64,000 nt of DNA, taken from positions 1,178,001 through 1,242,000 of the forward strand of contig OZ251241.1 in assembly GCA_965240325.2 (NCBI GenBank). The letters run 5' to 3'. Made by a program: the position numbers and the translations under genes. This DNA comes from Rebecca billardiae RCC1528. Taxonomy: Eukaryota; Protista; Haptophyta. Positions 13,226 to 24,832 of the stretch are shown piece after piece (within the stretch, counting starts at the first letter, position 1; each line of letters begins with the position of its first letter). Below the pieces are notes generated by a model. That model was given only the letters and a program-made list of their open reading frames with translations, did not search any database and was not told the origin of the DNA.

Positions 13226-13291
<66 letters not shown>
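13226..13291. repeat. (TA)n microsatellite
   Basis: Uninterrupted TA run. Confidence 0.98.
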
Positions 13292-13296
<5 letters not shown>

Positions 13297-14082
13297 GCAG
13301 TACGACATTCTAATCCTCGATACTATTATAAATTATAACATTATTATAACGTGAATAAATCATCGAATCTATATGGCAATAACCGCATCAATCGACATCG
13401 TGACCGCGCATCCGAGTGATCGTCAACCGATTATGACGAGTCTACTTTATTGCTGACGAGTCGTCGTATCGTCATTTTTAATATATTTAAATTATTCAGT
13501 CGTGACTAAATAGTCGTATAGTAAATCGACCGTATATTCGACGACATTGGCGACACGGACAGTTACTAGTTATTGTAGTCCCTGGACCGAGTCCTGAGCG
13601 ACCCGGTTCCAGCCATACGCCGGAGTCATTGATGCCGCAATATTTGATGCCGATGCCGATGGCGATGGCTGCTGCTGACTGATGCAGCTGATCCCCGTCG
13701 GATCGCACAGTGACGGAAACAGCACTAAACAGTAAACAGCGGCACTCGGCGGCTGCTGCTACAGTGCTGCTAGACTGACCGACTAGCAGTAGCACTTTGA
13801 CTTAGCAGTCCGGTAGTCACTTATAGTCTAACTACCACGTGATATCTGATAGCAGATAGAAGCGCGCGCCATATAATATATTTAATTTATTAATCGATTA
13901 ATATCATCACTCAGTCATCAGTCGTCGTCGTTGCTGATCGGATTATAGTAACAATATATATATATCGGCCCATATGTATAATATATTGTATATACATAAT
14001 ATTCCAAATTGATCCGCGTCCATTAATAAACAGCTAACAATCGGATCAACGATGATGACGCATTATGTTCGGACCCAGCCTC

Positions 14083-16544
14083 TTATTTCTCCGGCGTGCT
14101 CCACGCACTCCGCGTCTCGCCGCGCGCGACGGCGTCGTTCTCCGCGCGCAGCGCGCGCACGTCGCGCGACAGCCGCTCGACAGCCTCGGCCAGGCGCGCG
14201 CCCTCCAGCATCTTCACGCGCGCCTCGAGCTCTCGGCTCGCGCTCGCGAGCGCGCCCTCTGAGTCGAGGTTGGCGCTGAGCTGCGCGAACGAGCCGTGCA
14301 GCTGGGCTAGCGCCTTGTACGCCGGGCCGAGCGCGCGGTCGCGCGTCGCCTCGAGGAAGACGCGCTCGTCCGCGCACACGTACGCGCGGCGCAGCTGCTC
14401 CGAGGCCTGCGGCGCGGCGCGTGCGGCGGCGCGGCGCGGCGCGCGCGGCGCGCGGCGGCAGGTGTCACGGCCGGCGCGGCGTGCGCTGCGCACGAGGAGC
14501 CTGCGCGCGCGCCGCACCGCGCTACACCGCTTGCGCGCGCCGGCAATGTCGGCGAGCACAGCATTGATCCCAGCCTGTTGCTTCCCCAGCGCGCGCGTCA
14601 GCTCGTGCACCCGCTCCGTGTAGAACGCCCGCCCGAGCGGCGCGTCCGAGCGCGCGCCTCCGCCCTGCTCGGGTTGGGTTCCGGCGAGAAGGGCGGACGC
14701 CTCCGCCTCCGCCGCGGCCAGCTCCACGTCCCGCGCGAGCAGCTGGGGGGCGAGGGCCTGCGGGCGTGGGGCGTGTCGGCGGCGTGGTGTCACGGGGACC
14801 GGCGCGCGCGTGGGCGGGTTTGGGGCCCGGGTGGCGCGTGCACGCTCACCGCCTGAGCCGCGCCGCGCCTGGTGGCGCGAGCGCGGGCGCGCGCCGCGCG
14901 GCGGCGGTGCGCGCGGCGCGGGCAGCGCGCGCTTCGCACCTCGGCCTCCGAACGCAGGCGCGGCAGCTCGCGCGCCATGCGCTCGGCCGCCGCGCGGCGC
15001 GCGCGCTTGCGCTCGGCCTTGCGCGCGATCGCGTCGCGCAGCGGGCCCGCCACCCGCTCCCACTCCGCGCGGACCGCGCCGAATCGCTCGCGCACGGCAG
15101 CCAGCCGCGCGCGGCCCTCCGCCCCCTTCACCCGGGCACCCTCGTCGCCGCCGGCGCTCAGCTCGAGCGCGAGCTCGGAGAAGGAGAGTTGCGAGCGCGC
15201 GTCGTCGAGCTGCGCGCGCACGGCCTCGAGCGACGCGAGTGCCTCGTCGCGCTCGCGCCGCGACTCCTGCAGAGCGGCATCCGCTTCGGCCACGGCCGCG
15301 TGCGCGCGCGCACTCGCCTCCGCCGCCTCCGCCTCCGCCTCCGCGGCGCGCGCGCGGCGCTCAGCCGCCACGCGCGCCACGCGATCAGCAGCGGTCTCCA
15401 CGACGGCGGCGGGCGCATCGGCGGCGGGCGAGACCGCCGAGCGCTCCCGCGCCCGCCAGCCATCCACGCTTCGCCCGCCGCCGCCGCCGCCGCTGTGCGC
15501 CTCCGCCAGCGCGACGGTGCGGGCAAACCCGGACGGCCCGCCGAGCCGACGCCACGCCGGCCGAGCGCCGCGCTCGCGCATGGCGGCCATGGTGGACGTT
15601 GCCGAGGCGTGAGCGGCGGGGTGCGGGCGGGAGGGCTGCGCGAGACTGGCCGGCGACGCGGCCAGGCGCTCGCGTACAACTTGCGCCACGCTGGGAGGGA
15701 GCCCATGCAGCCTCGCCGCAGCCGCGCCTGCACGCGCCTCCGCATCGCCGCCGCCGCCGCCGCCGCTGCTGCCGCCAACGCTGCCGACGCCGCCAACGCT
15801 GCCGCCGCCCGCGCAGCCAGCGGACAGCACCAGCCGCTCGCTCCGGGCCGCGCGCGCGCGCTCGCGCGCGAGAGCCGAGATGGCGCGTGCAGCGGGACAG
15901 AGCGGGGACGGCGCGACGCCGCCCGCGACCTCGCCTGGCCACGCCGCCCAGCCGCCCTGACGCGACGCGTCGCGGCCGGCGAGCGCGCGCGGCGGCTGCG
16001 CGGCGGCAAGCGCCGCCGCGCTCGGCCGGCTCGCGTCCAGCTCGAGCGGCAGCCACAGGCGCGAGCTCCACGCGGCGAGCGTGGCACGTAGCTGCGCCCT
16101 CGTGGGCGCCGCCGAGCGCGCCGGCTCGTCCGCCTCGCTCTCCACGCCGATGGCGACCGTCGGCTTGTGGCTCGGCAAGAGCTCGATCAGAAATGAGAGC
16201 AGCCGCCGCGTCGCGCGCGCGTCCGGGTAGAGCAGGTCGTTGAAGCCGATCTCTTCGGCGTAGCCGAGCCGAGAGATCTCCGACGCAAGCGCAGTGCACG
16301 AGCGGAAGCGCCGCGACGGCTCGTCCGGCAGCACGTCGACGAGCCGCGCGCTCGGAGGCGCGTGGGCGGCGCCAGCGGCGCCATCAGACGCGCGCGCAGA
16401 GACGACCTCGCGCACGCAGCGCGCGCAGCAGTGGAAGAGCGTGGGCGCATCGATCGCGTCCACGGTGGCCAGCTCCTCCGGAAGCTCACACCCGATCGAA
16501 GCGAGCGCGCGCAAGAGGATGCCGTCGGCCTCGGCGAGCGCCAT
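14083..16544 (-). CDS. CCDC22: Coiled-coil domain-containing protein 22 (CCC/Commander complex); introns ~14758..14939 and 14407..14517
   Basis: N-terminus M..EADGILLRAL..IG and LGYAEEIGFNDLLYP..TRRLLSFLIELLP; C-terminus RAFYTERVHEL..KQQAGI, LRRAYVCADERVF and AYKALAQLH. These parallel CCDC22. Both introns are phase-0 GT..AG. Confidence 0.87.
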
Positions 16545-16576
16545 CGTGGCCGCGGCGCATCATCAGCCTGCGCTGA

Positions 16577-17697
16577 GCCAAGGGAGTCAAGGGTGCCCGC
16601 GCCCCAGTGGCGCGCTCGGCGGATGTTGGCACACAGATTTTTGCCCGACGCCTGCGGCGGGCGGCGGCGAGGGCGTGCTCCGCTGGCGGGGCGAGCGCAC
16701 GGGGCACGGCGCTGCGGGCGCGGATGTGCCCGCGAAGCCGGCGCGTGCGGACGGGCTGTTGCGGGAGAGTATCTGGCGCCCTCCTGCGCCGCGCGTCTTG
16801 CGCAACGCCTCTTTCGCCTCGGCTCAGGGCAGCGCGCACGCACGCGCCGCCTCAAGGCCAGCCTTGCCTGCGCCGCAGCCGACCGCGCGCGCGCCGTGCG
16901 CGGATTGGTCGGGAAGGAGCGGGCGCTGCTGCCGGGCGAGATGGCGACATCATGCGCGCACGCCATGCCGCCCCGCCACGCCTTGACGAGCGCGTCGTCG
17001 GTCTGTTTGCATGCCTCTTTGACTTGTCACAAATGTTGTGCACGGCCTCGCGGTCGTGACCCTTGTCGGAATGTCGGGACGATCATTGAGACCCAGAACA
17101 GTGCCAGACGGGCACGCGGGCTACTCTTACATGAATGTTCATCACCGCGTGGTCATGCAGAAGTGCTGGGAGCGACGCTTTCCTCGCGCTGATGCTCTTT
17201 CATCATCTTCTTCGAGCTCAGGTCTGGCTTGGCATGACAAGCGATCAGCACTCGTCAACAGCTGTGCAGATCTATTGCCGTGCCCTGTCGCGGCATCGCA
17301 GGGCGGCATGGCGTGCGCGCATGGTGTCGCCATCTCGCCCGGCAGCAGCGTCCGCTCCTTCCCGACCAATCCGCGCACGGCGCGCGCGCGGTCGGCTGCG
17401 GCGCAGGCAAGGCTGGCCTTGAGGCGGCGCGTGCGTGCGCGCTGCCCTGAGCCGAGGCGAAAGAGGCGTTGCGCAAGTCGCGCGGCGCAGGAGGGCGCCA
17501 TATACTCTCCCGCAACAGCCCGTCCGCACGCGCCGGCTTCGCGGGCACATCCGCGCCCGCAGCGCCGTGCCCCGTGCGCTCGCCCCGCCAGCGGAGCACG
17601 CCCTCGCCGCCGCCCGCCGCAGGCCGCGGGCAAAAAGGTGTGTCCCAACATCCGCTGAGCGCGCCACTGGGGCGCGGGCACCCTTGACTCCCTTGGC
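16577..17697. mobile_element. Non-autonomous foldback/MITE-like DNA transposon, 397-bp TIRs, 3-bp TSD TGA (PIF/Harbinger-like)
   Basis: 16577..16973 is a near-perfect inverted copy of 17301..17697 (GCCAAGGGAGTCAAGGG...CCCTTGACTCCCTTGGC). TGA flanks both ends (16574-16576, 17698-17700). Confidence 0.88.
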
Positions 17698-17783
17698 TGA
17701 GCGGCGCTCACTGAGCCAGCCAGCAGGGACCAGCAGCTAGCGGAGCCATCACGGCCCCACCGTCAGCCCTTGCTCAAAGCCGC

Positions 17784-19748
17784 ATGGGATTTGTCCAGGA
17801 GGCCGCGGCCCGCGCTGGGGCACTCGCCTCGGCGGCCATCGGCCCCGCCACGCTCTCTGACCTCGTGCGCGCGCTCGAGACGACGCCACGTGATGTCGAG
17901 GCCATCGTGAGTGCCCTCACGCCGTTCTGCGTTCCGAAGACGGGCCGCAAGCTTGAAGAGCCCGATGCCATCGAGCGAGGCGGCTCGGTCGCAGCCCTCG
18001 TGCGCATGCTGGGAGCATCACGCGAGGCAAGCGTTCGGGCAGCTGCGGCGGCAGCTCTTGGGGTCATTGCGTCCCATGTCCCTGGCTGCGTGTCACAGGC
18101 TGGCGCGGTGCAGCCCCTCGTGGCCATGCTGCAGACAACCGATGCTGAAGGGATGCACAATGCGGCAGCTATCGCTCTCAGCAACCTGGCTTTCGATCCT
18201 TCGCTCCACGCACCGATCGCCGAGGCTGGCGCGATCTCGCCGCTCGTCGCGCTGCTGGCGTCCAGCACCGATGCGCGGGATCTGCGCGGTGCAGCGTGTG
18301 CTCTCTCCAACCTTACCGTGTCTGACTCGCTCTGCGCACCGATCGCCGAGGCTGGCGCGATCACAGCGCTCGTCGCGCTGCTCACGTCCAGTACCGATGC
18401 GCGGGCTCTGCGCTGTGCAGCGTGTGCTCTCGCCAACCTTACCGTGTGTGACTCGCTCCGCGCACCGATCGTCGAGGCTGGCGCGATCACACCGCTCATC
18501 GCGCTGCTCGCGTCCAGCACCACTGCAAATGCTCTGAGCGATGCAGCGCTCGCTCTCGGCAACCTTGCTTCCGACCCCCCGCTCCGCGCACAGATCGCCG
18601 AGGCTGGTGCGATCGCACCGCTCGTCGCGCTGCTAACATCAAGCACCCATGCGTACGCTCTGCGCGTTGCAGCGAGTACTCTCGCCGACCTCGCCCGGTC
18701 AGACTCGCTCTGCGCCGCGATCGTCGAGGCGGGCGCCATCCCTCCGCTCGCTTCAGCGGCGTGCTCACGCAGCATCACTCAATCATGGGCACAGGATGCG
18801 ATCCATGTCCTCACCAGCTCGGCCGCCGGCCGCGCGGCGGTGGCGAGCAACGAGCTGGCCGTGGGCGCGCTGCTGTGTCGTGCGCACCACGACGCCGGCG
18901 CAGACAGCGGGGACGCCTGCATGCAGGCTGCGAAGAAGCTCGTGCGTGACGACGCGTGCTGTGAGCGCGCGCTGCGCTCGGCGGGCGCGCAGTGCGCCCG
19001 GCTGGCGCAGGAGCTCGACAAGCTGCGCGCGTCGCACGAGCAGCTGCTGTCGCAGTCGGCGTTGGTGAGCGAGCCATCAGCCGCGCAGCACGACGTCGTG
19101 TTCAGCTGCGCGGACGGCACGCAGCTGGGCGGCAGCCGCGCGCTCCTGATCCACGGCTCGAGCTACTTTGCGCGGCAGCTAGGCGGCGGTCTGGCCGAGG
19201 GCAGGCGGCGCGAGGTGGACGCTGACCCGGACTTCAGCTCGGCGGCGCACGAGGCGCTGCTGCGCCAGCTGCACGCTGGCGGTCGCGCCGAGCTGCCCAC
19301 CGAGCCGGGCGAGGTGCTCGAGCTGCTTCGGCTGGCGTGCAAGCTGCAGCCGCCCGGCGAGGGTGCTGCTGGGACCCAGCCAGGCGCACGGCCGTCCGGG
19401 CCAGACGCAGCCCAGGCGGCCTCTGCGCCCGCTGGTGGTGACCTGCTGGGCCTCGTGGCGGGTCGGTGCGAGGAGGCGGTGCTGGGCGTGCTGGACGCGG
19501 ACAACTGCCTGGACATCCTGCGGCACGCGCGCGCGGCGGGAGCTGGCTCTCGGATCAGCGAGGCAGCGCGCGCTGTGGTGAAGGCCAACTTGGAGGCGAT
19601 CGTGAGCCAGGAGCGTTGGAGTGCATTCATGCGCGAGGATCTGCTCGAGGCGTGCACGCTGATGCAGGCCGTGGCGGTGGACGTCGTTCGCGCGCAGCCG
19701 CCAGAGCAGCGCGGCGACAGCACGAGCAAGCGGCAGCGCACGTCGTAA
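17784..19748 (+). CDS. Armadillo-repeat + BTB/POZ(-BACK-like) protein, copy 1
   Basis: 42-aa/126-bp ARM repeats (IAEAGAISPLVALL..AA.AL.NL); BTB motif DVVFSCADG..SRALL..SSYFARQL..GLAE; DADNCLDIL; basic C-terminus SKRQRTS. Confidence 0.88.
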   Translation: MGFVQEAAARAGALASAAIGPATLSDLVRALETTPRDVEAIVSALTPFCVPKTGRKLEEPDAIERGGSVAALVRMLGASREASVRAAAAAALGVIASHVPGCVSQAGAVQPLVAMLQTTDAEGMHNAAAIALSNLAFDPSLHAPIAEAGAISPLVALLASSTDARDLRGAACALSNLTVSDSLCAPIAEAGAITALVALLTSSTDARALRCAACALANLTVCDSLRAPIVEAGAITPLIALLASSTTANALSDAALALGNLASDPPLRAQIAEAGAIAPLVALLTSSTHAYALRVAASTLADLARSDSLCAAIVEAGAIPPLASAACSRSITQSWAQDAIHVLTSSAAGRAAVASNELAVGALLCRAHHDAGADSGDACMQAAKKLVRDDACCERALRSAGAQCARLAQELDKLRASHEQLLSQSALVSEPSAAQHDVVFSCADGTQLGGSRALLIHGSSYFARQLGGGLAEGRRREVDADPDFSSAAHEALLRQLHAGGRAELPTEPGEVLELLRLACKLQPPGEGAAGTQPGARPSGPDAAQAASAPAGGDLLGLVAGRCEEAVLGVLDADNCLDILRHARAAGAGSRISEAARAVVKANLEAIVSQERWSAFMREDLLEACTLMQAVAVDVVRAQPPEQRGDSTSKRQRTS

Positions 19749-19891
19749 GCATTATCCGATAGAGCGAACCATGATGATGCTGATAATTACGGCGACGACA
19801 GTATAGATTAATACTGGCCGCGCGCGCGTTGCTTCGCGCGTCGTTGCTGGAGTCGTCATCATCATCGTCAGATTCGATCTGGCATCGCAGT

Positions 19892-21248
19892 GGGGTGAAA
19901 ATCCCATTTTCTGGCCTGTCCGGGCGGAAAATCCGGCTGCTCAGATCTGACCGGACCGGGACCCGGACAGCACAGTATCTAGGGACCAGAGTCCAGACAC
20001 TTTTACATCTTCGTTCTCTTCGGATTTGAGCATGGGGCGGCGCCCCATTTGCACAGTCAAAAGACCGCGGGTGTAAAAGCAACCGTTGTCGAGTTCGATG
20101 TAGCGGCTGGGCGAATTCGTGACGAATAATAAAAAACAATTCACGAGACACTTGCGCCCACGGCCGCGATGGCGTGCGCCGTCCACCCACGACGGAGTCG
20201 TGGACGGACATCGCTACACAGCCTACGCGACAGGCGTTGTCGTGATCGAGGTGCCCGTGCCCGTTGTCGATAGCCAAACGATTGGCACGACGACCTGGCA
20301 CCACATCCGCGTCAAGCGCGGCGAGGCCGTGGTCCAGCGCGTGTGCGGCAAGCTGGCCGATGTGCGGACGGCGTCGGGTGATGCAGGGGCTCCTGCCGAT
20401 GCTACCTGGCGGCTGCTGCGGGGCCTGCTGCCGTGGTCGAACCTGAGGCAGAGGGTGAGTCAACCGCGGAGCAGCTCAACGCTTCCGAGATCGAGCTGCG
20501 CGCGGTCGGACCAGATGACGGCCCGCGGCCGCCCAAGCGCACACGCAAGGACGCCTGAGCACACGCGTTCAGTCCGAGCAAAGCCTGGTCGGCGTACGAG
20601 CGCGAGCCAGCTCAGACACGGCACGAGCGCACGCGTGACGGCTCGTACGATGAGCTCGTCGGCTTGGTCATCGGGCTGCTGTCGCTCGTCGCCTCGCTTG
20701 TCACGTCACACTCAGCTGAGCAGAGACATCACTCCCGCCGTTCAGCTGATCGACGAGGACGAGGCGGCCAAGGCGGCGGCGGCTCAAACGCCTGGAGGAG
20801 GAGCGCAGGAGGAGGATGAGCTCCCAGCGCTGAGCCTGTGGGGCCGCGCCGAGGCCAGGCACCGCGGCCAGCGGCTGCAGTCGCGGGTAGCTGCCGGACA
20901 GCAGCTCGGCGGCACACGCTCACTCATACGTCGATCCTCTTGCTCGAGAGTCAAGGCGGCGGGCAAGGTGCAGGCCGCACGCGAGCTTGCTGAGCGTGCG
21001 CAGGCCGAGCCACAGCTGAGCCCCGAGGGTGCTCGGGACGCCGCGTGCGCAAGCAGGCCGCCTCGCAGCAGATGGTGCTTCGCATACGGTAACTACGCTG
21101 ATACTACGACCCGAAAAAATTTCTTCGCACTGCGTGCGCTTTATTATTCCCATTCGATCTGATTTTATTCCATATTCGCGTATTAAAATGCCGCCGCTTT
21201 TCCGCCTCCCCAGTGCGGAAGTGCGCCAGAAAATGGGAAATCCACCCA
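19892..21248. mobile_element. Putative degenerate TIR element between the ARM-BTB paralogs
   Basis: TCCCATTTTCTGGC (19902-19915) is inverted at 21225-21238. Outer GGGTG/CACCC and inner GGCGGAAAA/TTTTCCGCC also pair. No clear TSD; internal ORF 20119..21162 is unrecognised. Confidence 0.4.
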
Positions 21249-21448
21249 GCTTGTCATCACGCGACGCCGCGCATATCTGCAGGCGCTGCTGCCACTATTC
21301 ACGAATACGCATCCGCCGATCACTATGCGCACGGTAGGACTCATCACTCACTATATATATGAATGACGATGATGCGCTTATAACAAATGCTTCGATAATG
21401 ATGCTCGGACGATTCGCGCGCCGCGCGGTATGTAATAATTATATTATT

Positions 21449-21560
<112 letters not shown>

Positions 21561-22766
21561 CAGGACCTATTTGACGAGCTAGGCCAGTGATGCTGACATG
21601 ATGACGGGAACGTCGGGACTCGCGAGAGTCGGACCCCACGACTGAGCCAGGTGCGCGCTGACGACTATGCCCGCCGAATGCCCCACCGATAAGACTGAAA
21701 AAGTTATTCAGAATAAGAGGCACATCATGGGCTTGAGCCTCTCGCCTGTTGAGCCACCCACTTGCCAGGCGCCAAGTGGAAGGCGCCAAGATAATGGCTC
21801 AGTCTGGTGAGTGACCAGAGTCTGGTCATCACTAGTCTGGCGTGATGCAGCCGCCGTGTACCCGTAGAAGGCTCATGACGAATTCTGCGAGCAGGGCGGC
21901 TGCAACCAAACAGAGCGAGAGGCCTCACAGTGAGCCTCGCTGTCACGCAGCTCGTACACACTAAGTTCTTGTACCAACACCACCACTTATGCCGTTGGCT
22001 TGATGATTCTCCGCTCACTCTCGTCGCATGACGAGAATACGATGCTGAGGCTTTGCGACGGCAATGATTGCGTGCTTGTACGACCGCTTCGTCGAACGAG
22101 AGCGGTGATTAACGAGTGACAAGTAGCAGTGATAGGGTTTAAGCTACAGTCTATCTATCACTTCTAATCAGAACGACAGAACGGGCGGCGCCCGGCCCGC
22201 CGGGCGCCGATTACAGTACAGCTGACGTGGAGTGGAGAGTGCTCAGCTATTATGACGAGACAGCCCGAAGAAAGTTGCACACGTAGCTTGGTGTCCACTG
22301 CCGCCACACTCCCACCGTGAACGCCGTCAGTCTCGGCCATCGACTGAAGGCTTCGGCCGTTCGGGCCGCTGGTTCGGACCTGATTCGGCGTCCGACGGGG
22401 CCGGGCACTGAGTGCAATGACCACGGTCAGCGCGGTGCGAACACCACCTGCGCGGTCCCGGCGGCTGCATCAGCTACTCACTAGCTAGAAAGCGGCATAC
22501 CACCAGCGGAAGGGCCGGGCGGCGAAGGCTTCGCCATGCATCGGGCCAGAGAGACGGCTGTCCCTACAACTCCAGCGCCATCGCGCTGCTTTCTCCGGCC
22601 GTGGAGCGACCGTTCTCCGAGTTCGCCCAGCGGCAGAGTCCGGCCGGGGAGGGCTCCGGGCGACGATGAGGACGGTTGGCTGCGGCGCTGCTCAGCGCTC
22701 ACTGTCGATCGAGCGCTTTCAGCTTGTCGATCGAGCGGCGACGAGCGGCTGCCCAGCGGCGGCGGC

Positions 22767-24832
22767 ATGGGATTTGTCCAGAAGGCCCTGGCTCGCGCTG
22801 GGTCGCTCGCCTCGGCGGCCATCGGCCCCGCCACGCTCTCTGACCTCGTGCGCGCGCTCGAGGCGACGCCACGTGATGACGAGGCAATCGTGAGCGCGCT
22901 CACGCCATTCTGCGTTCCTATGCCGGGCCGCAAGCTCAAAGAGCCCGATGCAATCGAGCGAGGCGGCTCGATCGCAGCCCTCGTGCGCATGCTGGGAGCA
23001 TCGGGCGAAGCAAGCGTTCGGGCAGCTGCGGCGGCAGCTCTCGCGAGGATCGCCGCCCATGTCCCTGGCTGCGTGTCACGGGCTGGCGCGGTGCAGCCCC
23101 TCGTGGCCCTGCTGCAGACGACCGATGCTGAAGGGATACACAAGGAGGCTGCTCTTGCTCTCGGCACCCTTGCTAACGATTCCTCGCTCTGCGCACCGAT
23201 CGCCGAGGCTGGCGCGATCTCACCGCTCGTCGCGCTGCTTACGTCCAGCACCAATGCGAAGGCTCTGGGGTATGCAGCGGGTGCGCTCGGCAACCTTGCT
23301 GCCGATCCCCCGCTCCGCGCACCGATCGCCGAGGCTGGCGCGATCTCACCGCTCGTCGCGCTGCTCACGTCCAGCACCGATAGGAAAGCTCTGAGCAATG
23401 CAACGCTCGCTCTCGGCAACCTTGCTTACAAACCCTCGCTCTGCGCACCGATCGCCAAGGCTGGCGCGATCTCGCCGCTCGTCGCGCTGCTCACGTCCAG
23501 CACCGATGCGGTGACTCTGGGCGATGCAGCGCTTGCGCTCGGCAACCTTGCTATCGATCCCTCGCTCCGCACACCGATCGCCGAGGCTGGCGCGATCTCG
23601 CCGCTCGTCGCGCTGCTGAAGTCCAGCACCGATGCGATCACTCTGGGCAATGCAGCGGGTGCTCTCGCCGACCTCGCCGAGTCAGACTCGCTCTGCGCGC
23701 CAATCGTCGAGGCTGGCGCCATCCCTCCGCTCGCGTCAGCGGCGTGCTCAGCCGACAGCAACACTCAAACGTTGGCACAGTGTGCGATCGATGCCCTCAC
23801 CAGCTCGGCCGCCGGCCGTGCGGCGATGGCGAGCAACGAGCAGGCCGTGGGCGCTCTGCTGCGTCGTGCGCACCACGACAGCGGGGACGCCTGCATGCAG
23901 GCTGCGAAGAAGCTCGTGCGCGATGACGCGTGCTGTGAGCGCGCGCTGGGCTCGGCGGGCGCGCAGTGCGCCCGGCTGGCGCAGGAGGTGGACGAGCTGC
24001 GCGCGTCGCACGAGCAGCTGCTGNNNNNNNNNNNNNNNNNNNNNNNNNNNNNNNNNNNNNNNNNNNNNNNNNNNNNNNNNNNNNNNNNNNNNNNNNNNNN
24101 NNNNNNNNNNNNNNNNNNNNNNNGCAGCTGCTGTCGCAGTCGGCGTTGGTGAGCGAGCCGTCAGCCGCGCAGCACGACGTCGTGTTCAGCTGCGCGGACG
24201 GCACGCAGCTGGGCGGCAGCCGCGCGCTCCTGATCCACGGCTCGAGCTACTTTGCGCGGCAGCTGGGCGGCGGTCTGGCCGAGGGCAGGCGGCGCGAGGT
24301 GGACGCCGACCCGGACTTCAGCTCGGCGGCGCACGAGGCGCTGCTGCGCCAGCTGCACGCTGGCGGTCGCGCCGAGCTGCCCACCGAGCCGGGCGAGGTG
24401 CTCGAGCTGCTTCGGCTGGCGTGCAAGCTGCAGCCGCCCGGCGAGGGTGCGCCTGGCAGCGAGCCAGGCGCACGGCCGTCTGGGCCAGACGCAGCTGAGA
24501 CTGCCTCTGCGCCCGCTGGTGGTGACCTTCTGGGCCTCGTGGCGGGTCGGTGCGAGGAGGCGGTGCTGGGCGTGCTGGACGCGGACAACTGCCTGGACAT
24601 CCTGCGGCACGCGCGCGCGGCGGGAGCTGGCTCTCGGATCAGCGAGGCAGCGCGCGCTGTGGTGAAGGCCAACTTGGACGCGATCGTGAGCCAGGAGCGT
24701 TGGGGTGCGTTCATGCGCGAGGATCCGCTCGAGGCGTGCATGCTGATGCAGGCCGTGGCGGTGGACCTTGCGCATGCGCAACCGCCAGAGCAGTGCGACG
24801 ACAGCACGAGCAAGCGGCAGCGCACCTCGTAA
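22767..24832 (+). CDS. Armadillo-repeat + BTB/POZ protein, copy 2 (spans assembly gap)
   Basis: Colinear paralog of 17784..19748 from MGFVQ to SKRQRTS. The apparent frameshift coincides with the 100-N gap. Confidence 0.85.
24024..24123. other. Assembly gap (100 N), probably a -10 bp overlap
   Basis: GCAGCTGCTG is on both sides of the gap but occurs once in paralog 1. Confidence 0.9.

Noticed and set aside
18200-18750. Regularly spaced conserved repeats with variable spacers resembling a CRISPR array
   Set aside because: 126-bp in-frame armadillo coding repeats in a eukaryotic gene; no cas genes.
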